64,000 nucleotides of DNA, from NCBI RefSeq assembly GCF_054482525.1, contig NZ_CM137006.1; one strand, given 5' to 3'. The position numbers and the translations under genes are program-made. This document shows positions 18,899 to 29,028 of this stretch, piece by piece (position 1 is the first letter of the stretch; each line of letters opens with the position of its first letter). The notes below the pieces were generated by a model, which was not told where the DNA came from, did no database searches, and worked only from the letters and a program-made list of their open reading frames with translations.

Positions 18899-21800
18899 TT
18901 GAGTACCGTGGGCCAGCGCGAACGCGCCACACAGCAGCGTCTGATTCAGTTTTTTGTTGAAGATTTAGGTTACCGCCATCTGAGTCACCGCACCGGGTAC
19001 ACCGGGAACAGCAACATCGACACTAATATACTGAGCGCGTGGCTAAAACGGCGCGGCGTTAATGATACGTTGATCACCCGGGCGTTGCGGCAACTGGATT
19101 CCGCCGCCGCTCTGGGCGAAGGCAAAAAACTCTATTACGCCAATAAAGAGGTCTATCGCCTGCTGCGTTACGGCGTGAAAGACAAAGAAGGCGCAGGCGA
19201 GCAGAACCAAACCGTGTGGCTGATTGACTGGGCCAACCCACAAGCCAATGATTTCGCCATCGCCGATGAGGTGACGGTCAAAGGCGAGTACTGCAAGCGC
19301 CCGGATCTGGTGCTGTACGTTAACGGCATTGCGCTGGGCGTGATTGAACTTAAGCGTTCGTCAGTGCACGTCAGCGAAGGCATCCGGCAGAATCTCGATA
19401 ATCAAAAGAAAACCTTTATCCGCGATTTCTTCACCACTATGCAGTTAGTGATGGCGGGCAACGATACGCAGGGCCTGCGCTACGGCACCATCGAAACCCC
19501 GGAAAAATACTATCTGGAGTGGAAAGAAGATAATCCAGGCGACTATACACATAAACTCGACTTTCATTTAAGTCGTCTGTGTAGCAAATCCAGGCTGTTG
19601 GATATCGTCCATAATTACATTGCCTTTGATGTCGGGGTGAAAAAACTCTGCCGCCATAATCAGTTCTTCGGCGTCGAGGCGGCTAAACAACATATTGCCC
19701 GTCGTGAAGGCGGTATTATCTGGCACACACAGGGATCGGGTAAAAGCCTGACGATGGTCTGGCTGGCGAAGTGGATCCGTGAAAATGTGCCAAACTCCCG
19801 CGTGTTGATTGTGACTGACCGCACCGAACTGGATGAACAGATCGAAAGCGTGTTTATGGGCGTGAATGAAGATATTTATCGCACCTCCAGCGGCAACGAT
19901 CTTATCGCAACGCTCAATCATCCTAACCCGTGGCTCATTTGCTCGCTGGTGCATAAATTTGGTCGTCGCAGCGAAGCTGAAGACAATGCGGCTACCGACG
20001 CCTTTATCACCGAATTACAGCAGTCCCTGACGAAAACATTCCGCGCCAAAGGCGATCTGTTTGTTTTTGTGGACGAGTGCCACCGCACACAATCCGGCAA
20101 GCTGCATAACGCCATGACTGCCATTCTGCCGGACGCCCTGTTTATCGGTTTTACCGGCACACCGCTGATGAAGAAAGATAAGAAGAAGTCGGTTGAGGTG
20201 TTCGGCCCTTATATCCATACCTATAAATTTGATGAAGCGGTGGCCGACGGTGTGGTGCTGGATCTGCGCTACGAGGCACGCGATATTGACCAGTATCTGA
20301 CATCAGAGAAAAAGGTCGATGACTGGTTTGAAGCCAAGACTCGCGGTTTGTCGAATTTAGCCAGGACCCAGCTTAAGCAAAAGTGGGGATCAATGCAGAA
20401 GCTGCTCTCCAGCAAGTCGCGGCTGGAGCAGATCGTTAACGACATTTTGCTGGATATGGATACCCGTCCACGCCTGATGGACGGGCGCGGCAACGCCATG
20501 CTGGTATGCAGCAGTATCTATCAAGCCTGCAAGGTTTACGAGATGTTCAGCCAGACCGAGCTGGCAGGAAAAGTAGCGATTGTGACCAGCTATCGCCCCG
20601 ATGCCGCCAGCATCAAAGGCGAAGAAACGGGCGAAGGGTTAACGGAGAAACTCTCTAAACACGCCACCTATCGTAAAATGTTGGCTGACTATTTTGAACA
20701 AAGTGAAGAGAAGGCCGCCGCACGCATTACCGAGTTCGAGCGGGAAATGAAACAGCGTTTTATTGAAGAGCCGGGGCAAATGCGCCTGCTTATCGTGGTG
20801 GATAAGCTGCTGACTGGCTTTGACGCGCCGTCCGCCACCTATCTCTACATTGATAAAACCATGACCGACCATACGCTGTTTCAGGCGATTTGTCGGGTGA
20901 ACCGGCTGGACGGTGAGGATAAAGAGTATGGCTATATTATCGATTATAAAGATCTGTTCCGTTCGCTGGATAAAGCGATTACCGATTACACCACGGGCGC
21001 GTTTGATGATTACGATCGGGACGATGTGGCCGGGTTGCTGAAAGACAGGCTGGAGCAGGCGCAACTGGATCTCGACAGCGCGCTGGAGATGGTTCGCAGC
21101 TTATGTGAACCCGTCAAAACCCCGCGCAGCCTGCTGGACTATCAGCACTATTTTTGCGGTGAATCAGGAGAGAATCAGACTTCGTTAAACGAAAAAGAGG
21201 CGCTGCGCCTGACATTTTACCAGTGCGTCGCCCGTCTGCTACGCGCTTATGCCAGCATCGCCAATGAAATGCCGGAAGCAGGCTACACTGCCGAAGAGGT
21301 AGAGAGCATTCGCGCCGAAGTCGCTGAATTCGAAAAACTGCGCTATGAGATTAAGCTGACCAGCGGCGATCTTCTGGATATGAAGCGCTTTGAACCCGCT
21401 ATGCGTCATTTACTGGATATGTATGTTCGCGCCGATGGTAGCGAAGTGCTGATGGATTTTGAAGAGTTAAGTCTGATTGAACTGATTGTCGAGAAAGGCT
21501 TGGCGGCGACCGTCGCCCTGCCGGATGATATCCGTAATAATCAGGATGCGATGGCGGAAACCATCGAAAACAACGTGCGCAAAACCATCGTGGATGAAAA
21601 CCCGGTTAACCCAAAATACTATGGACGCATGTCGCAGCTGCTGGATGAACTGATTACCCTTCGCCGACAAAATGCGCTCAATTATCAGCAGTATCTGGAA
21701 CGTATCCGCGATTTGTGTAAACAGGTCATCCGCCCGGAGCAAACCGCCGGAGCGTGCTACCCTGCCACCATGGATACACAAGCAAAGCGCGCCTTCTATG

Positions 21801-21994
21801 ATAACTTCGGCCACGACGAGGTACTGGCGACCCGCATAGATACGACGATTCGCTATACCAAAAGGGCAGAGTGGATTGGCGATCGTTTTAAAGAACGGGA
21901 AATTGCCAACGCATTACGTGAAGAGACCGCCAGCTATAATATTGATATTGATGAGGTGATAGCGCTTGCCCGTCAGCAGAAGGAATATCACTGA
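18899..21994 (+). CDS. hsdR: Type I restriction enzyme R subunit (1031 aa)
   Basis: N-terminal PD-(D/E)xK-like PDLVLYVNGIALGVIELKRS. Helicase motifs are TQGSGKSLTMV, FVDECHRTQ (DEAH-type) and QAICRVNR. A TTG start at 18899 lies 18 nt after the darG stop (alternative GTG at 18908). Confidence 0.9.
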   Translation: MSTVGQRERATQQRLIQFFVEDLGYRHLSHRTGYTGNSNIDTNILSAWLKRRGVNDTLITRALRQLDSAAALGEGKKLYYANKEVYRLLRYGVKDKEGAGEQNQTVWLIDWANPQANDFAIADEVTVKGEYCKRPDLVLYVNGIALGVIELKRSSVHVSEGIRQNLDNQKKTFIRDFFTTMQLVMAGNDTQGLRYGTIETPEKYYLEWKEDNPGDYTHKLDFHLSRLCSKSRLLDIVHNYIAFDVGVKKLCRHNQFFGVEAAKQHIARREGGIIWHTQGSGKSLTMVWLAKWIRENVPNSRVLIVTDRTELDEQIESVFMGVNEDIYRTSSGNDLIATLNHPNPWLICSLVHKFGRRSEAEDNAATDAFITELQQSLTKTFRAKGDLFVFVDECHRTQSGKLHNAMTAILPDALFIGFTGTPLMKKDKKKSVEVFGPYIHTYKFDEAVADGVVLDLRYEARDIDQYLTSEKKVDDWFEAKTRGLSNLARTQLKQKWGSMQKLLSSKSRLEQIVNDILLDMDTRPRLMDGRGNAMLVCSSIYQACKVYEMFSQTELAGKVAIVTSYRPDAASIKGEETGEGLTEKLSKHATYRKMLADYFEQSEEKAAARITEFEREMKQRFIEEPGQMRLLIVVDKLLTGFDAPSATYLYIDKTMTDHTLFQAICRVNRLDGEDKEYGYIIDYKDLFRSLDKAITDYTTGAFDDYDRDDVAGLLKDRLEQAQLDLDSALEMVRSLCEPVKTPRSLLDYQHYFCGESGENQTSLNEKEALRLTFYQCVARLLRAYASIANEMPEAGYTAEEVESIRAEVAEFEKLRYEIKLTSGDLLDMKRFEPAMRHLLDMYVRADGSEVLMDFEELSLIELIVEKGLAATVALPDDIRNNQDAMAETIENNVRKTIVDENPVNPKYYGRMSQLLDELITLRRQNALNYQQYLERIRDLCKQVIRPEQTAGACYPATMDTQAKRAFYDNFGHDEVLATRIDTTIRYTKRAEWIGDRFKEREIANALREETASYNIDIDEVIALARQQKEYH

Positions 21995-22710
21995 TGCCAA
22001 TCATGCAAATAGGCTCGTTACACTTGCTGGTCAACCGTAAGGCGATTAAGAATCTGCATATCAGCGTGCTGCCGCCTGATGGCAAAGTACGCGTTTCAGC
22101 GCCGGAACATATGACGGAGACGGCGATTCGTATGGCGGTTGCTTCACGCTTTCGCTGGATCAGAAAACAGCAGCAGGATTTCGCCAGACAGCCTCGTCAA
22201 TCAGAGAGGGAAATGGTCAGCGGAGAGTGCCACTATCTTTGGGGCCGAAGATATCGCCTACTTGTGATTGAGCGTCACGGGCGTCACGAAGTAAAAGTTG
22301 CAGGAAATAATAAGCTCCAGCTTTATGTTCAACCAGGAACCCGTGATGAAAATAAGGCATTGGCGTTAAGTGAATTTTATCGACATGAACTAAAACAGCA
22401 GGTGGCTAAGCTTCTACCTGAATGGCAGGACCGAATCGGTGTTCCCCTAACATTCTGGGGCATCAAAAAGATGAAAACCTTTTGGGGCACCTGTAACACT
22501 ACAACAAAACGAATCTGGCTCAATCTGGAGCTAATTAAGAAGCCGCCGGAGTGTCTGGAGTATATTCTGGTGCATGAACTGGTTCATCTTCTGGAACGTC
22601 ACCATAATGCTCGCTTCCGGTTGCATATGGATCGGTTTATTCCTGACTGGCGTGAGCGTCGGGATTTGTTAAATAATATGCCGTTAGCGTTTGAGGCATG
22701 GGAGTATTGA
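21994..22710 (+). CDS. Zinc metallopeptidase-like protein (YgjP/DUF45, HExxH) coupled to hsdR
   Basis: HELVHLLERHH motif near the C-terminus. Its ATG overlaps the hsdR stop (TGATG at 21992-21996). Confidence 0.8.
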   Translation: MPIMQIGSLHLLVNRKAIKNLHISVLPPDGKVRVSAPEHMTETAIRMAVASRFRWIRKQQQDFARQPRQSEREMVSGECHYLWGRRYRLLVIERHGRHEVKVAGNNKLQLYVQPGTRDENKALALSEFYRHELKQQVAKLLPEWQDRIGVPLTFWGIKKMKTFWGTCNTTTKRIWLNLELIKKPPECLEYILVHELVHLLERHHNARFRLHMDRFIPDWRERRDLLNNMPLAFEAWEY

Positions 22711-22799
22711 TTGAGCCTGTAACTGTTTTTTGTCCATAAATTAACCTTCATTTGATGCTGGATTGAACATATCAAAATCAGACAATTACACAAATCTAT

Positions 22800-23027
22800 G
22801 TACAGGCTCTTCAATTTGTTTTTGATCGCTGATGTGACTGACAACAAACGCTCACGGAACACTAAATCCCGCTCTTCAGACGTTAACTCGCCTCGCTCAA
22901 TAAGCTCTCTGATAGAATCTCGTGGCGTTGGCGTGACTACTTCAAAACAAAAAGTCTCACCATTTTTCTCGGCGACAAAGTCTGGTCCAGCATCCTTGCT
23001 TTTAATGTCGCTAAAGCCCATCTCCAT
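22800..23027 (-). pseudogene. Truncated gene fragment (about 75 plausible codons) abutting the IS3-family remnant
   Basis: The 142-aa track ORF (22599-23027) starts MEMGFSDIKSKDAGPDFVAEKNGETFCFEVV…. Below ~22800 it degenerates into low-complexity sequence and runs antisense into the preceding gene. No family is recognised. Confidence 0.3.
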
Positions 23028-23036
23028 AAGGTAGCC

Positions 23037-23691
23037 TGAGTTTAACGGACACTCCTTCGTAAGGACGCTGTAAGCAGAAACGCAAGTTCAGAGCGACTAC
23101 GAACTCGAACCACAATCTGCCAGTTGCGCCAAATCTGCTGAACCAGACGTTCGCTCCTACAGCACCAAATCAGGTCTGGGTGGCGGACCTGACGTATGTT
23201 GCCACACAGGAGGGATGGTTGTACCTCGCTGGCATCAAAGATGTTTATACGTGCGAAATTGTCGGCTACGCCATGGGAGAGCGCATGACAAAAGAGCTGA
23301 CAGGTAAAGCCCTGTTTATGGCGCTCAGGAGCCAGCGCCCACCTGCCGGGCTAATCCATCACTCTGATCGAGGTTCACAGTACTGCGCATACGATTACCG
23401 GATCATACAGGAGCAGTTTGGTCTGAAAACGTCAATGTCGCGTAAAGGTAACTGTTACGACAACGCTCCGATGGAAAGCTTCTGGGGAACGCTGAAAAAT
23501 GAGAGCCTGAGCCACTATCGTTTTAATAACCGGGATGAAGCCATCTCAGTAATACGGGAATACATTGAGATTTTCTACAATCGTCAGCGTCGTCACTCTC
23601 GTCTGGGGAATATCTCCCCGGCAGCCTTCAGGGAAAAATATCATCAGATGACTGCTTAAAAAAGAACAAATGGTAGTGTCCGCTATTGCCA
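23037..23691 (+). mobile_element. IS3-family insertion sequence remnant with both ends but an internal deletion (~655 bp)
   Basis: The left end tgagtttaacggacactcc and the reverse complement of the right end tggcaatagcggacactacc share TG…CGGACACT (about 14/19). Only the C-terminal half of orfB is present. Confidence 0.7.
23180..23659 (+). pseudogene. IS3-family transposase OrfB, C-terminal (integrase-core) fragment
   Basis: …ADLTYV…HHSDRGSQYCA…CYDNAPMESFWGTLKNE… is the DDE core of IS3-family OrfB. The N-terminal part and orfA are missing. Confidence 0.75.
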
Positions 23692-23901
23692 GTACACCTC
23701 AGGTATCAAAAAGCGATAGATGCAGCTAATACACGACATAACCAAGAAATAAATCATTAAACGACAACACTTAATACCATATTGTGAAGATGTTCAGACA
23801 TGGCGGAATTCCCCTATTCTTTGTTGGCACTTACAACAGACTATATTCCGCCATATCTGTCTTTATTGTGTATAAACCATCGATACTGATGTTTGATAGT
23901 G

Positions 23902-25200
23902 CTAAATAATCATTGGCGCAATCACAAAGCCTAATGCCACTCCAGCAATAATTCCCCCCAACCCAGGCAGCATAAATGGATGATTCAGCACATATTTGCC
24001 TACACGAGTTGTGCCGGTAGTATCAAATTCCATGGCAGCCAGTGATGTTGGATACGTTGGCAGTACAAATACTCCGGTGACGGCCACATAGGACGCCAGA
24101 ATTGCCCAGGTGGGCACGTCAAGCGCGACGGCAAGCGGGATAATTAACGGCGTGGTCGCACCTTGCGAGTAGAGCAGCGCGCAAGTGCCAAAAAGAACCA
24201 GCGCCAACAACATCGGATACGCCTGCAAAATATCACCAGCAATATCTTTAATCTCAGTTAAATGCGCATCAATAAAAGTGGTGCCTAACGTTACAATGCC
24301 GAGAATTACCGCCAGCGAACTCATCCCCGCACGGAATGTGGAGGTGAGAATAATGGCATCGGTCGCCGTCTTACACAGCACCACCATCAGGCAGGCGGCA
24401 GAGAGCATACAGATAATAATGATATCGCGTGTTTCCATCGGTTTACCGATATCAAAACCCGGACGCAGTTGGGGGAAGGCAGCAAGAATAACAATAGCGA
24501 CCGTCGCCAGCAGGAACAATCCGACGGAGAGCGTCGCACCTGGCTTGATGCTGCTATTATTCTCGTATTTTTGCACCAGTCCTTTTTGCAGGCGCTCAAG
24601 GTAGACCTCGTCATCCTGCAACTCACATCCCTGTCGGGAAGCAATAAAAGCGGCGACCATCGCGGCAGCAAAAGAGGTGGGAAGACATACCGACATCACT
24701 TGAATAAAACTGACACCGTTTACCTCCATAATAGTGAGCATAGCCGCCATTGCGGCGCTGATCGGCGAACCGGAAATCGCAACCTGCGAAGCGACAACCG
24801 AACCGGCAAGCGTGCGGGAAGGACGGATACCGGACTCTTTCGCCACTTCAGCAATCACCGGCAGCGTGGAAAAAACAATAAACCCAGTACCGGCCATAAT
24901 GGTCATAGACCAGGTGATAATCGGCGCGATTATGTTGATATATTTCGGGTTACGCCGCATAAAATTACCAGCGACGCATACCAGATAATCCATTCCGCCT
25001 GCGGCCTGTAAGGCTGAGGCCGCCACAACAACGGTCATAATAATCAGGATCACGTCGACTGGCGGCGACCCCATAGGCAGACCAAATCCCAGAGTCAGAA
25101 TGGCAAGCCCAAGCCCGCCACATAAACCAATACCGATTCCCCCCTGGCGAATACCAAAAAATATTGCACCAAGTACTACGATAATTTCCAGCCAAACCAT
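23902..25200 (-). CDS. Anaerobic C4-dicarboxylate transporter, DcuA/DcuB family (432 aa)
   Basis: A polytopic membrane protein collinear with my recollection of E. coli DcuA (…LPVIAEVAKE…, …FNHPF(M/F)(L/I)PG… near the C-terminus). Confidence 0.85.
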   Translation of the reverse strand: MVWLEIIVVLGAIFFGIRQGGIGIGLCGGLGLAILTLGFGLPMGSPPVDVILIIMTVVVAASALQAAGGMDYLVCVAGNFMRRNPKYINIIAPIITWSMTIMAGTGFIVFSTLPVIAEVAKESGIRPSRTLAGSVVASQVAISGSPISAAMAAMLTIMEVNGVSFIQVMSVCLPTSFAAAMVAAFIASRQGCELQDDEVYLERLQKGLVQKYENNSSIKPGATLSVGLFLLATVAIVILAAFPQLRPGFDIGKPMETRDIIIICMLSAACLMVVLCKTATDAIILTSTFRAGMSSLAVILGIVTLGTTFIDAHLTEIKDIAGDILQAYPMLLALVLFGTCALLYSQGATTPLIIPLAVALDVPTWAILASYVAVTGVFVLPTYPTSLAAMEFDTTGTTRVGKYVLNHPFMLPGLGGIIAGVALGFVIAPMII

Positions 25201-25265
25201 AATGTTCTCCGTTATAAATATAATTCAGTTAAAAGCGAATAACTTTCTGGCTGCGATTTAAATGA

Positions 25266-25985
25266 TTATTGGGTTAAAAGATAATGTTTACCGACACGAT
25301 TTTCGTACCATTTTATTCCGGCACGAACGAGTGACGCCGTTGAGTCAATATAGCGGGAAGGCTGCTCTTTAACGGCTTGCGCCAGAATAACCGGAATTTC
25401 TGTACAACCAAGAACAAGGATTTCTGCACCGCGAGAAAATAATATTTCAGCCTGCTCATTCATCAACTTTTGTGCGTGCGCTATATTGCCAGCTTTCAAG
25501 GAATAAATACTTTCCATCACTTTTTTCTGACCGTCGGCATCGGGGCTGACACAGGTAAATCCCAGCGACTCAATTCCTTTTTGGTATAAACCCATATATA
25601 GCGTGGCATTGGTGGCTAACAAGCCAATTCGGGTTTTACCACAGGCGCGAACTTCATTGATCGTAGTTTCTACGATACTTAATATATCAATATGACAAGC
25701 ATCTTTTAATTCTTTGAACCAGTAATGCGCGGTATTACAGGGAATAACAATACATTCTGCCCCGGCATCTTCCAGCTTATGCATATAATCACGCATAACG
25801 GGTAATGGTGAACGCCCATGATGCATTAATGCATCGGTACGGTCAGGAATATCCGGGATCGAAGAAATAATTAAAGGAATATGTTCCTGATCACATTGTG
25901 CAGCGGTAAAAGTTACAAATTTATTAAACAGGTCGACGGTAGCTGCCGGCCCCATTCCACCGAGTACACCAATTAAACCTTTCAC
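25266..25985 (-). CDS. Asp/Glu racemase family protein (aspartate racemase-like)
   Basis: GVLGGMGPAAT N-terminus and the two catalytic-Cys motifs VIPCNTAHYW and LVLGCTEIPV. Co-oriented upstream of the dcuA-like gene. Confidence 0.8.
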   Translation of the reverse strand: MKGLIGVLGGMGPAATVDLFNKFVTFTAAQCDQEHIPLIISSIPDIPDRTDALMHHGRSPLPVMRDYMHKLEDAGAECIVIPCNTAHYWFKELKDACHIDILSIVETTINEVRACGKTRIGLLATNATLYMGLYQKGIESLGFTCVSPDADGQKKVMESIYSLKAGNIAHAQKLMNEQAEILFSRGAEILVLGCTEIPVILAQAVKEQPSRYIDSTASLVRAGIKWYENRVGKHYLLTQ

Positions 25986-26335
25986 AATACCTGCCTCTCA
26001 AAACGTTAATGACAATACGCGGTAAATAACTGCTGCTCTCTTTTTTAACAGTCGAAATGGGCGATGAGAAATGCAAGGTTGTACAAGGCGATGCAAGACA
26101 CGCATGATGCAGCTATGGAACATTCCGCTTATTCACCATAGTGATGATGTATTCTGGTTATCTGACGGAAAAATTTCGTTTTTTTGGCGAAATGTGATAT
26201 CAACGTCAATACCGGAAATGAAGGAGTTATGCACAAAACGAATGATAAAGGCCAGGTTGTGCTAATTGAGAACATTATTTTTATTGCCGGGATGTTTTAT
26301 TATGTCTTTGGATTGAAAATACAGGTGCCATGGTA

Positions 26336-27274
26336 ATGAAGAATATCGAGACAAAATGGTTATACGATTTCCTGACACTGGAAGCCTGTCGCCATTTTTC
26401 TCAGGCGGCAAAAGAGCGTAATCTTTCGCAACCCGCATTCAGCCGACGAATTAAGGCGCTGGAGGCAGCGATCGGCGTTGTTTTATTCGATCGCACGACC
26501 ACCCCTTTACAATTAACCGAAGAGGGCAAGCTCTTTCATTCCCAGACTCGCAGCTTATTACAGCAGCTTGAATGCAATTTGGGGGAGTTAAACGGCCAGA
26601 GTTTACTCGGCGTTCCCAACATTAAAATTGCAGCCGCGCACTCACTATCCCTGAGCGTATTACCCAAACTGGTGCATTCACTTACCGCCTATGGCGGAGA
26701 ATTTGTCTATCATGTTGAAGCAATTGATGTTGTCCAGGCCGTAAATACGTTACGCGAAGGCAAGAGTGACTTTATTATTTCGTTTCGCGATGAAGATCTT
26801 ATGCAATCGCCTTTTTGCTGCCTGAAACTGTTTGAATCTGAGTTGTACCCGGTATGTGCCGCCGACGCACAGGGGCACCCTGTATTCGATATCACTCAGC
26901 CCCAGGTTCCTTTGCTCAACTATACCGCCACATCTTATATGGGCAGGTTGGTCAATCGTCATCTGGCAGAGGTTGGAGGTATTACCGGGCGCACGATATT
27001 TATCTCTTCGATGAGCGAGTTATTAAAGAATATGGCGCTCAACGGATACGGCATTGCCTGGTTACCGATCTGGTCGATCGTCGATGAACTACAGACCAAA
27101 CGTCTGATATGCCTTGATGCTGCTAAATTGACAGTCCCCATTCAGGCTTATATTTACCGAATGAACACCCGACTGAATAGAACCGCCGAGAACCTCTGGC
27201 GTATTTTACAGGAACATATGCCAGACGATTTAATCCAGCAGATATCAATGGAAGAGCCAGCACGCCGCAATTGA
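26336..27274 (+). CDS. LysR-family transcriptional regulator
   Basis: N-terminal wHTH (…FLTLEACRHFSQAAKERNLSQPAFSRRIKALE…) plus a substrate-binding domain. Divergent from the racemase/transporter pair. Confidence 0.85.
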   Translation: MKNIETKWLYDFLTLEACRHFSQAAKERNLSQPAFSRRIKALEAAIGVVLFDRTTTPLQLTEEGKLFHSQTRSLLQQLECNLGELNGQSLLGVPNIKIAAAHSLSLSVLPKLVHSLTAYGGEFVYHVEAIDVVQAVNTLREGKSDFIISFRDEDLMQSPFCCLKLFESELYPVCAADAQGHPVFDITQPQVPLLNYTATSYMGRLVNRHLAEVGGITGRTIFISSMSELLKNMALNGYGIAWLPIWSIVDELQTKRLICLDAAKLTVPIQAYIYRMNTRLNRTAENLWRILQEHMPDDLIQQISMEEPARRN

Positions 27275-27339
27275 CGACGTGCAATAAATATCCTCCGGCA
27301 TAGCCGGAGGTTTTTCAAATGCGCCTATAAGGCTCTCTT

Positions 27340-28045
27340 ACCAGCCGCGCCCTAACAGGCGCACACGATCTGACATTTGCATCCAACTTCGTTACTTACG
27401 GTCCGTAAACGGGCTGCCCGGACAGGGAATCGATAACTGCTCTCCCATTTTATCCTCTTCAAGCTGGTGCTTTATGTAATCCTGTATCTTCGCCGTGTTC
27501 TTACCCACTGTATCGACGTAGTCCCCCCTGCACCAGAACTCCCTGTTCCTGTATTTGAATTTCAAATCACCAAACTGCTCGTAAAGCATCAGACTGCTTT
27601 TCCCTTTCAGATATCCCATAAACCCGGATACGCTCATTTTGGGCGGGATCTCCACAAGCATATGGATATGATCTGCACAGCATTCAGCTTCCAGAATCCG
27701 TACGCTTTTCCACTCACACAGCTTTCTCAAAATACTGCCTGTTGCTCTACGCTTCTCTCTGTAGAACACCTGTCTTCGGTATTTTGGCGCAAAAAACTAT
27801 GTGATATTTACAGTTCCATCGGGTGTGCGCTAAGCTCTTTTCGTTCCCCATTGGGACCCCCTTTTGATTTCTTGTTTGACACTTGCAGTTGCCAGACCGC
27901 AAGGTGTTTTAACAAATCAAAAGGGGTTTTAATAACTGGCTCAAAGCTGAAAGCTTTCCGGAACCCCCAGCCTAGCTGGGAGTTTTCTGTGCACAAAAAA
28001 ACCCTGTAAAAAACTTACAGGGGTATAAGGCTTAGCCTAACTTGC
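27340..28045 (-). mobile_element. IS200 (IS200/IS605 family); ends approximate
   Basis: Contains the Y1 transposase gene. Upstream (plus coordinates 27852-28040) lie long hairpins (ccccttttgattt…aaatcaaaagggg, and ccctgtaa…ttacaggg) typical of the IS200 left end. The length is about 0.7 kb. Confidence 0.7.
27392..27851 (-). pseudogene. tnpA: IS200 tnpA (Y1 transposase) with +1 frameshift
   Basis: ATG at 27851 reads MGNEKSLAHTRWNCKYHIVF and then leaves the frame. The rest (…FYREKRRATGSILRKLCEWKSVRILEAECCADHIHMLVEIPPK…) is in another frame. The span is 460 nt rather than a multiple of 3, and the extra base lies in the A6 run at 27793-27798. Confidence 0.8.
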
Positions 28046-28620
28046 GTCTGTTGCATGGTGCCGGGTGCCTCCCGGTGAATTCAGTCGGTGTCACTGAACC
28101 CGCGTAGGCTTCGCTCATAACATAATAAATGCTATGTACACCAGTCGCCCCACCGCACAGGGGGATTCACCACACGGCGCACTTTTTAACAAATATCCCT
28201 CCGGCCAGACAATAATAAACATAATGAATTGTGATCTTCTTAACAGTTTTAAAGTGTTACAGATAACATGCCAAGTAATTGCTTGTTTTTTCATCAATAG
28301 GAAGACCACACCAACAACCCCAGCTATCAGCCAGAACCGACATTATCCGGCTGATAAAATCTACCATCACTCCAACACCAATCACCGCCTGTGCCAGATC
28401 GCGTTTCTCAAACTTTTTAATCTCTGTTGCCACTCTGCGGGTTTTCTTTTTGAATTTTGAAAATACCAAATATCGTGACGTTTCTTTGGGGGATGAGCTA
28501 TCAAGCGGGAACGATCTGCCTACAGAGAAAGTCAGCCAGACCACTCTGCAAATTATCCCCGAAAGGCTCTGTGGCTGATATGCGCCGGGCATGGCGCAAT
28601 GGGCCAGTGGCAGTGTGTGA

Positions 28621-28691
28621 TGGTGGCCCTTACTGGATTTGAACCAGCGACCAAGCGATTATGAGTCCTCTTACCACTGAGCTAAAGGGTT
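28621..28691 (-). pseudogene. Degenerate tRNA-Ile2/Met(CAU)-like gene (ileX/ileY-like), probable fossil attachment site
   Basis: The minus strand reads aacccttTAGCTCAGTGGTAAGAGGACTCATAATCGCTTGGTCGCTGGTTCAAATCCAGTAAGGGCCACCA. The T-arm, CAU anticodon loop and CCA are intact. However, the element is 71 nt, the 5-prime strand of the anticodon stem is missing, and the first two acceptor pairs are mismatched. Confidence 0.6.
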
Positions 28692-29028
28692 GGAGAACGC
28701 AATATCACCTGTCTTATATGATTACACCCAGAATTTCCCGGACTGTCTTGTCAAAACATTCAGTCTCCAATTCCCACCAATAGCAAGACGGTCACTATGA
28801 CAGCATCTCCGGAATGAGCTCAGGGCACGGGGGTTTACCGAGGTTACTTTTCCAACGAAGTTTCTCAAACGCAGGCGTGATAACATTCAAACTTAGGATC
28901 TCAGTTGCTATCTTTTCCCATGTCTTACGGATTAATGTCATCGGTTGCATACAAATCGCTACAAGCTGCATCAAGGCACATGCTTCATATGTACAGTACA
29001 CCAAGATGGATAGGTGTTTCACCTAATC

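Noticed and set aside
27467-28009. A 180-aa plus-strand ORF across IS200
   Set aside because: It is antisense to the IS200 tnpA frames and runs through the element's structured left end.
28100-28620. Integrase remnant expected next to the tRNA-like fossil (111-aa minus ORF at 28257-28592)
   Set aside because: The translation shows none of the P4-type integrase N-terminal or catalytic motifs in any frame I read, so I left it unannotated.
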